From: an uncultured Lachnospiraceae bacterium
GTDB taxonomy: Bacteria > Bacillota > Clostridia > Lachnospirales > Lachnospiraceae
Reading direction: 5' to 3'
DNA: 48,207 nucleotides
Assembly (NCBI GenBank): GCA_945868485.1
Contig: CAMBLS010000001.1
Coordinates: forward strand, 1 to 48,207
Under the pieces are notes generated by a model. The model was not told the DNA's origin. It searched no databases and saw only the letters and a list, made by a program, of their open reading frames with translations. Made by a program: the position numbers and the translations under genes. Position 1 is the stretch's first letter. Each line of letters starts with the position of its first letter. Shown here piece after piece: positions 36,791-45,875 of the stretch.

Positions 36791-37417
36791 TTAAAGTGCA
36801 CTTCCGTTGGATATAATAGTATGTTCACATTTTACTTCCCAAGAAGAACCACCGCGTGATACTGTGCATTTTGCATAGCCTGCTAATACGGCTGGAGGAT
36901 AATTAGAATCAATCCAGTTGGTAAAAGGACTATAGGAAAAAGAAGAAGAGGAAGGATAATAAGTTTCTATATAGGATGTTTGGGCCCAATCATAATTTGC
37001 CAGTTTAACCATACGATTGGAATGGGTAAAGGCATTATCAAGCACTGTAAAAGAGCCAGAAGCTGTTTTCATCCGATAAAGCGTACCCGATTGTTCGTAA
37101 TCAATATTAAGTTCGATTCGGGTTGTACATCCACCATCGGTAACAGAACTTTGAGGAGATATATCACTTGAAGGTAGAGATATATTGGCAATTACTGTTT
37201 CGGTTTTGATGCCATTATCATTTTCTGTCATTGTCTGATCAATTTGCAAGTCTTCTTCTGATAGAGTAAGCGTTTCTCCTGTATTTAAGTCGGTAATAGT
37301 GACAGTAACAAAACCAACACCTGCCTGATTCTCAAGAGATTTTGTCGCAGCAAATGCGGACAAATTGCTGCTCAAAATTGTCGTTATAGCTAAAAAAATT
37401 GAAAGTGTTTTTTTCAT
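36791..37417 (-). CDS. Hypothetical secreted protein with Sec signal peptide, acidic pro-like region and Ser/Thr/aromatic-rich C-terminal domain
   Basis: MKKTLSIFLAITTILSSNLSAFA signal with A-F-A site; AAAGGAG RBS; 208 aa. Confidence 0.85.
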   Translation of the reverse strand: MKKTLSIFLAITTILSSNLSAFAATKSLENQAGVGFVTVTITDLNTGETLTLSEEDLQIDQTMTENDNGIKTETVIANISLPSSDISPQSSVTDGGCTTRIELNIDYEQSGTLYRMKTASGSFTVLDNAFTHSNRMVKLANYDWAQTSYIETYYPSSSSFSYSPFTNWIDSNYPPAVLAGYAKCTVSRGGSSWEVKCEHTIISNGSAL

Positions 37418-37668
37418 AAGTTTTCTCCTTTACATAAAAATAATTTGTGGTTACTTTTGTTGATAAAACATTTTTTATTTTTATATGATAAAAATGTATT
37501 GTTACTAACTCTATATAATACTTTTGCTTCCTGCAACGTTATTCAGTTGTCAAGCTTCGACTTTGCGCAAAAAGTTTATCTTAAAATGGCCATGCCTTAG
37601 TATGTTATTGGATAATTTATACAATTAAGAATAAAGTAATATAGCAACAGTGTTAAGAAATTAGCTAG

Positions 37669-37827
37669 TTATTCTTTTGTTTGAATTTTTAGTTCCTCAG
37701 GAACTTTAACTTCGTATGTAAAGACCGGAAAACTTTTTGAATTATCATAGTCAGAAAAGTAATTCGTCATATGAAGTAGTGTTGATGCCAATGCTTTTTT
37801 GAAATAACTAATTTTGAGATGGTTCAT
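37669..37827 (-). CDS. agrD: AgrD-type cyclic autoinducing peptide precursor (52 aa, absent from the ORF track)
   Basis: Hand translation MNHLKISYFKKALASTLLHMTNYFSDYDNSKSFPVFTYEVKVPEELKIQTKE; starts 4 nt after the agrB stop; amphipathic leader and EVKVPEEL follower. Confidence 0.85.
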   Translation of the reverse strand: MNHLKISYFKKALASTLLHMTNYFSDYDNSKSFPVFTYEVKVPEELKIQTKE

Positions 37828-37831
37828 TAAT

Positions 37832-38374
37832 CTATTTGTCCTTTATATGTAAGATAGTTGCAATTTCCATTAAAGGAGAACATAAAAAAACATTTTTTAT
37901 AGATTGTTCTTCAATAAGTAGAAAAAATAATAAATATATTATTAAAATTATTGTGGCGGAAGTTTTCTTTATTAACTTATTTTTATAAATGAGTTTTGAA
38001 GAAAACGGAGCATATCTTATTACTAATGTGATGGCAAGTCCAAATAAGAATATGCCATATTTTGGTGGAATAACAAACCTACTAAATATATTCGCGGAAG
38101 TCAATCCTATAAAGATCATAGTAAAAAAGCAAAACAGGCTACTGGAGCAATGGCGACCACCAATAAATAGTCTTAAGGTAGAGAAACACCAGAGTGATAA
38201 AAAAAACTCAATTTTTTTGTTAATAAAAAGCCCTATAACGAAAAAACCAATTATTTTCCAAAACAATTCCAAGAAAACTTCCATGCCGTATGTAGCTTTA
38301 ATTTTGGTATAATCATCAAGAAAATAGAATGTGCAACACCATTCTATGATTATGTTTGATAACTTGTGACACAT
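37832..38374 (-). CDS. agrB: AgrB family peptide-processing membrane protein
   Basis: YGME, LRLFIGGRHCSSSLFC (catalytic His and Cys), YAP; multi-TM. Confidence 0.88.
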   Translation of the reverse strand: MCHKLSNIIIEWCCTFYFLDDYTKIKATYGMEVFLELFWKIIGFFVIGLFINKKIEFFLSLWCFSTLRLFIGGRHCSSSLFCFFTMIFIGLTSANIFSRFVIPPKYGIFLFGLAITLVIRYAPFSSKLIYKNKLIKKTSATIILIIYLLFFLLIEEQSIKNVFLCSPLMEIATILHIKDK

Positions 38375-38401
38375 TTTGCATTTATCCTTCTCATGTGTTA
38401 C

Positions 38402-38469
38402 ACTTTAACATAAAAATGAGCAAAATTATCGTATAATTCCTGAACGTAAGAAATCTGAACATGAACGTT
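38402..38469 (-). promoter_or_regulatory. Pair of LytTR (AgrA-type) direct repeats and extended -10 of agrBD
   Basis: Minus strand AACGTTCAT (38469-38461) and TACGTTCAG (38448-38440), 12-nt spacer; TG-T-TAAAGT -10 at 38407-38402. Confidence 0.75.
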
Positions 38470-38486
38470 ATTCTGGAGGTTAAAAT

Positions 38487-39815
38487 TTGAACTTACACTG
38501 GTTTATTTATTCTTCAATCACAGTACTATATATTAATTCTGTTTTGACCAATATGTGCTATATGAAGTTAAAATTTAGTCAGAGGGTAACGGTATATTTA
38601 TATAGTTTAGCAGTAACATTTTTTATGCCCATGGCTCATGGAACATGGACGAATATCATTGTTATTATAGGAAGCTATTTGTTAGTATGCTGGTGGCAAA
38701 AACATGCATTGTTAAACGGAATTGGGATGATGTTGAATTATATTATAGGAGTTAGTATTAATTATATAGTATTAGCTGGTATATATATGTGTGGTTTTAA
38801 TATTCAACGTATTTCAAGTAACATGTTGTATTATTTTCTATATTGTTTTGGGTTGACTGTAATTTTGCAATTGGTTACAGGAATATTAGGGAAATATTGT
38901 CGTAATGTCATTTGGAAATGGTTGGAAGAAAAGGACACAAATCAAAGAAAAATTGTTTATTTATTATTTGCAGAGATTGGAATCTGTTGTACTGTTTTTG
39001 CCTTTAATGTTATCTGGGGAAACTATGTGGGGTATTCAACTTCGATTTTGATGTTTAATGGAGGATTGTTCCTGATATTGCTGTTTGCTACAGGAGTAGT
39101 ATTGTATCGATTATATGTCATTTTGAAAGAAGATTATGCGCTGAGACTTCGAATATCTGAAGCAGAAGCTATGGTAGAATATGCAAGCAGACTGGAAAAT
39201 TTATATCAGGAAATTCGTATCTTTAAGCATGATTATATGAATATTCTTTCGTCCATGTATTCTTATTTAGATGAAGGAAAGTACGAAGAATTAAAGAAAT
39301 ACTTTGAAAAAGAAATTTTACCTAGTGGTAGACATTTAGCAATAGAAGACGCAGCTATTGGACAATTAGCAAATATGAAAATATTAGAAATAAAAAGTGT
39401 CTTATATGCAAAAATTCTTAAAGCAACCTGCTTGGAATTGCAAATAGTAGTGGATATTCCTAAAGAGGTAGTGACGCTAAATATATTAATTCCTGATTTG
39501 GTTAAAATATTGGGGATATTGCTGGACAATGCAATAGAGGCAGCCTTGGAGACGGAAGAACAGAAATTGTACATAGGAATTATTGAGGAAAAAGAACAGG
39601 GTTACATAAAGGTTTCCAATTCATCGAAACCAGTAGAAAATATCTCGTTGCTATTTGAACAAGGATATACAAGTAAACAAAAGCATATAGGAGTGGGGTT
39701 GTATGAAGTGGAAAAATTGTTAAAAGATAAGGAAGAGGTATTCCTTAATACGGAATATAAAGAAGGGGAATTCGTACAGCTGCTTCAAATAATAAAGAAA
39801 GAGGAGAATAATTAA
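38487..39815 (+). CDS. agrC: AgrC-like GHKL sensor histidine kinase
   Basis: Polytopic N-terminus, FKHDYMN H-box, LLDNAIEA N-box, GVGL G-box; GGAGG RBS and TTG start. Confidence 0.9.
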   Translation: MNLHWFIYSSITVLYINSVLTNMCYMKLKFSQRVTVYLYSLAVTFFMPMAHGTWTNIIVIIGSYLLVCWWQKHALLNGIGMMLNYIIGVSINYIVLAGIYMCGFNIQRISSNMLYYFLYCFGLTVILQLVTGILGKYCRNVIWKWLEEKDTNQRKIVYLLFAEIGICCTVFAFNVIWGNYVGYSTSILMFNGGLFLILLFATGVVLYRLYVILKEDYALRLRISEAEAMVEYASRLENLYQEIRIFKHDYMNILSSMYSYLDEGKYEELKKYFEKEILPSGRHLAIEDAAIGQLANMKILEIKSVLYAKILKATCLELQIVVDIPKEVVTLNILIPDLVKILGILLDNAIEAALETEEQKLYIGIIEEKEQGYIKVSNSSKPVENISLLFEQGYTSKQKHIGVGLYEVEKLLKDKEEVFLNTEYKEGEFVQLLQIIKKEENN

Positions 39816-40574
39816 ATGCTCCCGATTATTATATGTGATGATGATAACAGGTATAGAAATTATTTGGAAGAGATCATTCGAAAGTGCATTTTTATAGAAG
39901 AATTAGATATGGAAGTTGCACTTTCATCCGATTGCGCAGGTAAGGTGCTTCAGTATATAAAAGAGAATCAAGCGCCCTTTCTGTATTTTTTGGATGTAGA
40001 TTTGAAAGATATGGTATTTACTGGGATTACTTTGGCACAAAAAATAAGAGAGTTTGATCCAAGAGGTTTTATAGTATTTGTAACTGTTCATGAAGAAATG
40101 TCTTTTATGACATTTCAATATCAGGTTGAAGCAATGGATTATATTTTAAAAGATTATCCTGAAAAAATTCCGGAGCGTATTAAACAGTGTCTGTTTCATG
40201 CACAGGACTTGTTTTCTTCACAGAACAATACGACCCATAAGGCACTTAAGATTAATTTGGGAGGTAGAGTACTGTTAATAAAGCAAGAAGAAATTATTTG
40301 CGTAAGGACATCCTCGAATGCACATAAAATTAAAATATTTACAGTAAAAGGAATTTATGAAATGGCGGGAGGTTTAGTTGAAATTAAGAAGCAATTGGAT
40401 GACCAGTTTATGTTGTGTCATAAATCCTGTATTATCAATTTGAAATATTTGGAACAATTGGATAAGAAGGAAAGAAAAGCATATATGTCAAATCATTTGG
40501 TGTGTCCGGTATCTTTTCGCCAAATATCAAAACTAGGTGCAAAGTTAGATGAAAATTGTAAAAAGGAAAAATAG
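39816..40574 (+). CDS. agrA: AgrA-like LytTR response regulator
   Basis: ICDDD, FLDVDL, FVT and YILK receiver motifs; CHKSCIINL and PVS LytTR motifs; abuts the agrC stop. Confidence 0.92.
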   Translation: MLPIIICDDDNRYRNYLEEIIRKCIFIEELDMEVALSSDCAGKVLQYIKENQAPFLYFLDVDLKDMVFTGITLAQKIREFDPRGFIVFVTVHEEMSFMTFQYQVEAMDYILKDYPEKIPERIKQCLFHAQDLFSSQNNTTHKALKINLGGRVLLIKQEEIICVRTSSNAHKIKIFTVKGIYEMAGGLVEIKKQLDDQFMLCHKSCIINLKYLEQLDKKERKAYMSNHLVCPVSFRQISKLGAKLDENCKKEK

Positions 40575-40584
40575 AAAATCTAAG

Positions 40585-40620
40585 AAAAAAAGAACCGGGG
40601 CATATCAAAAGCCCCGGTTC
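40585..40620. terminator. Intrinsic terminator (best U tail on the minus strand)
   Basis: GAACCGGGGC / GCCCCGGTTC stem preceded by an A7 run. Confidence 0.85.
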
Positions 40621-40654
40621 AAATTATTTTATCGTATTCTAAATATCAGGCTGC

Positions 40655-41248
40655 TTAGTTCTTCTTTTCCCCTATCGTAAAGAACAGTCCCGCTTTCTTA
40701 AGAGCAGGGCGCAGTGCCAAATAAACAATGACTGACACGATGGTGGAGGTTACTGCGTTGATGGAAGTAGCAGCTATATTCCATGCAAGAGTCAGTTCAG
40801 CGGCAGGCTTGCCGAGGATAAGCAGCTTATAGAAATAACCGATTAAAGGATCGAAGATTACGTTAAATAATAATCCGCCGATTGCTGCAACGGTTGCCCA
40901 GATAGCCACTTTTTTATTGTCAGTTTCAAGTGTGATTTTTCCAATTTTATGTGCGATGAGTCCTGTAATCAGACCGATGCAGAATTTAAGTAAAAAGGTT
41001 TTGGGTGCATATACAATGTAGACAGGATCAAGCAGATCACCGATGGTCATACCGATTGCACCGCCAAGTCCGCCGTAGACACCACCAAGGAGCAGGGCGC
41101 CAAGGACACAGACTGCATTTCCAAGATGAATGGAAGTTGCATCGCCGCCGGGAAGAGGGATTTTAATCTGTAAAAAGGTAAATACCACATAGGATAAAGC
41201 CGCCATCAGACCGGTTAAAGCAAGTTTTCTTGTTGTTTCATTTTTCAT
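40655..41248 (-). CDS. ECF transporter S component, possibly for vitamin B6
   Basis: IHLGNA, GGAIGMTIGDLL and YAPKTFLLK motifs, multi-TM; GAGGAGG RBS favours ATG 41248. Substrate is inferred only. Confidence 0.8.
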   Translation of the reverse strand: MKNETTRKLALTGLMAALSYVVFTFLQIKIPLPGGDATSIHLGNAVCVLGALLLGGVYGGLGGAIGMTIGDLLDPVYIVYAPKTFLLKFCIGLITGLIAHKIGKITLETDNKKVAIWATVAAIGGLLFNVIFDPLIGYFYKLLILGKPAAELTLAWNIAATSINAVTSTIVSVIVYLALRPALKKAGLFFTIGEKKN

Positions 41249-41283
41249 AAGTAGGTTCCTCCTCAAATTGATTGATGTACCTT

Positions 41284-41342
41284 ATTATACGCAATAGTGG
41301 CATTATAAAAAGTACCAAACCAGAACTTTTTAACCATACCAG
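41284..41342 (-). promoter_or_regulatory. Promoter with direct plus inverted TGG repeats (MocR/PdxR-like operator)
   Basis: Minus strand CTGGTATGGT (41342-41333), CTGGTTTGGT (41323-41314), inverted ATGCCA (41303-41298) and TATAAT (41289-41284). Confidence 0.55.
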
Positions 41343-41418
41343 TTTTCGCGTGATTGCTATACTTTTATAAAATTTTTCTTAAGAAAATTGTTTTTTTTGT
41401 TAAATAGAAACACTTCTG

Positions 41419-41468
41419 TTGACATTAAAAAATTGCAGACATATAATGGCAAATAGTTAACTAGTTAA
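41419..41468 (+). promoter_or_regulatory. Consensus sigma-A promoter and probable MarR operator
   Basis: TTGACA-17 nt-TATAAT; overlapping palindromes TAGTTAACTA (41454) and TTAACTAGTTAA (41457) at the start site. Confidence 0.8.
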
Positions 41469-41496
41469 AAATTAATTATTTAATAAAGGAGGAATC

Positions 41497-41958
41497 ATGC
41501 GAAAGGGTTTACAGCATCAGCTAACGAATCTTTTTCGTCAGGCGGATCAATCAATGAAGCGCGTAATTAGTAAAAAGGTTGCAGGAACCGGAGTGTACAG
41601 AAGCCAGCACAGGATGTTGATGATCTTAGGAAAGCATCCGGACTGTTCTCAGTCTGCAATTGCTGAAAAACTGGAGATTTCGCCGGCGGCAGTGGCAGTT
41701 TCGTTAAAGAAGCTTGAGAAGGCTGGGTACATCAGCAGACAGTGTGACGAGGCTGATAATCGTATGAATCATGTGGTAGTGACGCCTAAGGGAAAGGAAG
41801 TAATCAATCAGAGCATTATTTACTTTCAGGAAGTAGAGGATGCCATGTTTAAGGATTTTTCGGAGGAAGAAATGGAAACGATGGAAAAATTCTTTATTCG
41901 GTTTATTCAAAATGGAGATGACTATTATCAGGATATGTTAAAACAGGAAGAAAATTGA
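41497..41958 (+). CDS. MarR family transcriptional regulator
   Basis: SQSAIAEKL, LKKLEKAGYI and DNR...TPKG winged-helix motifs. Confidence 0.92.
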   Translation: MRKGLQHQLTNLFRQADQSMKRVISKKVAGTGVYRSQHRMLMILGKHPDCSQSAIAEKLEISPAAVAVSLKKLEKAGYISRQCDEADNRMNHVVVTPKGKEVINQSIIYFQEVEDAMFKDFSEEEMETMEKFFIRFIQNGDDYYQDMLKQEEN

Positions 41959-41971
41959 GGAGAATAGAATT

Positions 41972-43708
41972 ATGAAAAGATATTGGAAGTATATGAAACC
42001 CTATCTTCCAGCATTTATTATTGGACCGATTATGATGATTGTGGAAGTGATGGGGGAAGTAGTATTGCCTAAGCTTATGGCAAATATCATCAATATTGGT
42101 GCGGCGAATCATGATGTGCCCTACATCCTTAGTATGGGACTTGTCATGCTTGGAACTGCATTTATGATGATGGTAGGGGGAATCGGAGGTGCTTACTTTG
42201 CTGCAAAAGCATCTGTCAATTTTTCATCGGACTTAAGGAGTGATGTGTTTGACAAGGTACAGACATTTTCTTTTGCAAATCTGGATCAGTTTAGCACAGG
42301 TTCTTTGGTAACGCGTCTAACTAACGATATTACCCAGGTGCAGAATCTGATTACCATGGCGCTGCGCATGATGCTTCGTGCACCGGGAATGCTGATTGGT
42401 GGTCTTATTATGGCATTTATGATTAATGCACAGCTGGCGTTGGTTATTTTTGCTGTAATTCCTGTACTGGTTATTCTGATTTTACTGATCATTCGTGTTG
42501 CATTCCCCAAATTTGATGTGATGCAGAAAAAGCTGGATTTATTGAATTCCAATATTCAGGAAATGCTTACCAATGTGCGTGTAATCAAGTCCTTTGTAAG
42601 AGGGGATTATGAGGAAAAGCGTTTTGGGAAAGCCAATGATGATCTGAAGGAATCCAGCTTGAGCGCTTTTAAAGTAGTTATTTTAAATATGCCGATTATG
42701 ATGATGGTCATGAATGCGACTACTCTTGGCGTTGTATGGTTTGGCGGAAAGCAGATACTGGCAGGAAATATGCCGGTGGGGGATTTGACAGCGTTTACTA
42801 CTTATATTGTTCAGATTTTGATGTCTCTGGTTATGTTTGCAATGATGCTCCTGCAGTGCTCCAGAGCGCTTGCCTCCCTGCATCGTATCAGGGAAGTTCT
42901 GGATACGGAAGTGACTTTGACAGATGAGGGCTGTGCTCTCCCTGAAAAAACAGTAGACAGTGGAAGGATAGAGTTTAAAAATGTGAGTTTCCGGTATTAT
43001 AAAGATAATCACGAGGCGGTGCTTTCACATATTAACTTTAAGGTGGAGAGCGGTCAGGTGCTTGGCATCATCGGCTCCACAGGCAGTGGCAAGACTACGC
43101 TGGTACAGATGATCCCCAGACTTTACGATGTAGATGAAGGCGAGGTTCTGGTAGATGGTGTGAATGTGAAGGATTATTCGCTGAAGCACCTGCGTGACGG
43201 AGTGGGAATGGTATCCCAGAAAAATGTATTGTTTTCCGGTACTATCATGGAAAATCTCATGTGGGGAGACCCTGAAGCATCCATGGAAGAACTTTTGGAG
43301 GCATCCAAAGCAGCTCAGGCAGCGCCCTTTGTCAATTCCTTTACTGAAGGCTATGAGACAGAATTAGGACAGGGCGGTGTCAATGTGTCCGGTGGACAGA
43401 AGCAGCGTCTGTGTATTGCAAGAGCACTTTTAAAGAAGCCTAAGATATTGATTCTTGATGACTCTACCAGTGCGGTAGATACGGCTACAGAGGCAAAAAT
43501 CAGAGAAAGCTTTAGCAGCAAACTGAAGGACACTACTAAGATTATCATTGCCCAGAGAATTACATCGGTCATGGAAGCCGATGAGATTCTGGTATTGGAT
43601 GATGGGCAGATTGTGGGATGCGGCAGCCATGAGCAGCTTCTTGAAAACTGTGAGGCTTATCAGGAAATTTACTATTCACAGATGGATAAGGAGGTAAGCG
43701 CATCATGA
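41972..43708 (+). CDS. ABC exporter half-transporter (TMD+NBD), degenerate-site subunit
   Basis: GSTGSGKT, VSGGQ, Walker B LDDSTS and switch AQR. Confidence 0.93.
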   Translation: MKRYWKYMKPYLPAFIIGPIMMIVEVMGEVVLPKLMANIINIGAANHDVPYILSMGLVMLGTAFMMMVGGIGGAYFAAKASVNFSSDLRSDVFDKVQTFSFANLDQFSTGSLVTRLTNDITQVQNLITMALRMMLRAPGMLIGGLIMAFMINAQLALVIFAVIPVLVILILLIIRVAFPKFDVMQKKLDLLNSNIQEMLTNVRVIKSFVRGDYEEKRFGKANDDLKESSLSAFKVVILNMPIMMMVMNATTLGVVWFGGKQILAGNMPVGDLTAFTTYIVQILMSLVMFAMMLLQCSRALASLHRIREVLDTEVTLTDEGCALPEKTVDSGRIEFKNVSFRYYKDNHEAVLSHINFKVESGQVLGIIGSTGSGKTTLVQMIPRLYDVDEGEVLVDGVNVKDYSLKHLRDGVGMVSQKNVLFSGTIMENLMWGDPEASMEELLEASKAAQAAPFVNSFTEGYETELGQGGVNVSGGQKQRLCIARALLKKPKILILDDSTSAVDTATEAKIRESFSSKLKDTTKIIIAQRITSVMEADEILVLDDGQIVGCGSHEQLLENCEAYQEIYYSQMDKEVSAS

Positions 43709-45723
43709 GACAGGAAAGACTGGAATATTTACAAAAGAAATATGAAAGTAGACTAAATACGGTTAAAGATAGTGATATGATGGCAAATGTTTCCGGAGAA
43801 CCTAAAAGACCCAAAGGACCGGCAATGGGACCTGGCAGACACGGAAAACAGAGTATGGCAGTCGGAAAACCTAAGGATTTAGGGAAAACCATGGGACGAC
43901 TTTTTTCATATATTTCCCATGAAAAGTGGAAGCTTCTTATTGTATGTGTCTGTGTCATAGGCGGTACTGCCGCTAACCTTGCAGGCTCTTATATGTTACG
44001 CCCAATCATCAATGGTCTGACATCGGAGGAAGGAAGCGTAGCATTCCTTATGAAAGGAATTTTGACTATGCTGTGTATTTATCTGGTTGGGGTAGTGGCA
44101 CAATATCTGCAACAGCGAATTATGATTGGAGTAGCGCAAAATGCAATCTGCAAGCTCCGTAATGATTTGTTTGAGAAGCTTCAGAAGCTTCCGGTACGTT
44201 ATTACGATACCCATAACCATGGTGACACTATGAGCCGTTTTACCAATGATGTGGATGCTATAGGGGAAATGCTCAATAACACAGTGTTTCAGCTGATTTC
44301 TGGAACCATCAGCATTGTAGGCACTTTTTGCCTTATGCTGTATACCAATGTCTGGCTGACTCTGATTACAGTAGTGATGGTTCCTGTCATGATGAAGGCA
44401 GTACAGACGGTAGGAAGCAGAAGCAGGAAATATTATCGAGCCCAACAGGCAGCAATAGGAACACTGAACGGATACATTGAGGAAACCGTTACTGGGCAGA
44501 AGATTGTCAAGGTATTTAACCATGAAGAGGAGTCCAAAGAGGAGTTTGAGTACCTGAATACGGATCTTCGGAATAAGCTGGTAAAGGCTCAGTTTTTTGG
44601 AGGTATTATGGGACCGGTAATGAATGGTCTTGGACAGGTAAGTTATTCGTTGACGGCATGTATCGGTGGACTTTTATGTGTCCTTCGTGGATTTGACTTA
44701 GGAGGATTTACGGTATTTGTAAATTACTCCAGACAGTTTTCACGTCCCATTAATGAAATTGCAATGCAGGTAAATACTATTTTTTCAGCTTTGGCAGGTG
44801 CAGAGCGTGTATTTACCGTGATGGATGAAGAACCGGAGGCAGCAGATGCGGAAAATGCAATCCGCATTGTGACAGATGAAAAAAGTGAAAAGTGCTACTA
44901 TGTTATCCCTAAGGATAATGAAGTTACCGGAATGGACGGATTTACAGATGATGTAATCAAAGAAGATGAAGGCTTTTACTATAAGGAAGTAAAGGGAGCA
45001 GTTACGCTTAATGACGTAACCTTTGGATATAAGCCTGATAAAACGATACTGAGGCATGTCTCTCTTTATGCAAAGCCGGGACAGAAGATTGCCTTTGTAG
45101 GTTCTACCGGTGCAGGAAAAACTACCATTACCAATCTAATTAACAGGTTTTACGATATTGATGATGGATTGATTACCATAGACAATATTCCAGTATCGCA
45201 GCTTGAGAGAGATTCTCTGAGAAGAAACATTGCCATGGTGCTTCAGGATACCCACTTGTTTACGGGAACTGTACGGGAAAATATCCGTTATGGAAGACTG
45301 GATGCAACAGATGAAGAAGTGGAGCAGGCAGCAAGGACGGCAAGTGCCCATTCCTTTATCATGCGTCTGGAACACGGCTATGACACGATGCTGGAAAGTG
45401 ATGGTGTCAATTTAAGCCAGGGGCAGCGTCAGTTGATTAATATTGCAAGAGCGGCAATCTCCAAGGCACCTATTTTAATCCTTGATGAAGCAACCAGCTC
45501 CGTGGATACCAGAACGGAAAAACATATTGAAAAGGGAATGGATCGCTTGATGGCCACCAGAACCACGTTGGTTATTGCACACCGTCTTTCCACTGTAAGA
45601 AACGCCAATGCAATTATGGTACTGGAAAACGGAGAGATTATAGAGCGTGGAGATCACGAAGACCTGCTTGCACAAAAGGGGAGATACTATGAGCTTTATA
45701 CAGGATTGAGTGAGTTGGATTGA
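43705..45723 (+). CDS. ABC exporter half-transporter (TMD+NBD), consensus-site subunit
   Basis: GSTGAGKT, LSQGQ, LDEATS and AHRL; ATGA overlap with its partner, typical of a TM287/288-type heterodimer. Confidence 0.93.
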   Translation: MRQERLEYLQKKYESRLNTVKDSDMMANVSGEPKRPKGPAMGPGRHGKQSMAVGKPKDLGKTMGRLFSYISHEKWKLLIVCVCVIGGTAANLAGSYMLRPIINGLTSEEGSVAFLMKGILTMLCIYLVGVVAQYLQQRIMIGVAQNAICKLRNDLFEKLQKLPVRYYDTHNHGDTMSRFTNDVDAIGEMLNNTVFQLISGTISIVGTFCLMLYTNVWLTLITVVMVPVMMKAVQTVGSRSRKYYRAQQAAIGTLNGYIEETVTGQKIVKVFNHEEESKEEFEYLNTDLRNKLVKAQFFGGIMGPVMNGLGQVSYSLTACIGGLLCVLRGFDLGGFTVFVNYSRQFSRPINEIAMQVNTIFSALAGAERVFTVMDEEPEAADAENAIRIVTDEKSEKCYYVIPKDNEVTGMDGFTDDVIKEDEGFYYKEVKGAVTLNDVTFGYKPDKTILRHVSLYAKPGQKIAFVGSTGAGKTTITNLINRFYDIDDGLITIDNIPVSQLERDSLRRNIAMVLQDTHLFTGTVRENIRYGRLDATDEEVEQAARTASAHSFIMRLEHGYDTMLESDGVNLSQGQRQLINIARAAISKAPILILDEATSSVDTRTEKHIEKGMDRLMATRTTLVIAHRLSTVRNANAIMVLENGEIIERGDHEDLLAQKGRYYELYTGLSELD

Positions 45724-45875
45724 TTCGTTTTTTCGCTTAAAACATGTGGGAAAAGAGTGGAAAGGTTACATGCTTATTGCAGAGAATCCAAGCAGAAAGC
45801 AAGGATGATTGTTATATTGCGATTGAAGGATAAGGTACAGTATCGTAAACATGGCCTATGATAACGATTGAAATG

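Noticed and set aside
37418-37668. RNAIII-like regulatory RNA in the agr islet
   Set aside because: No stable hairpins, C-rich loops or terminator are visible; it cannot be excluded without RNA-seq.
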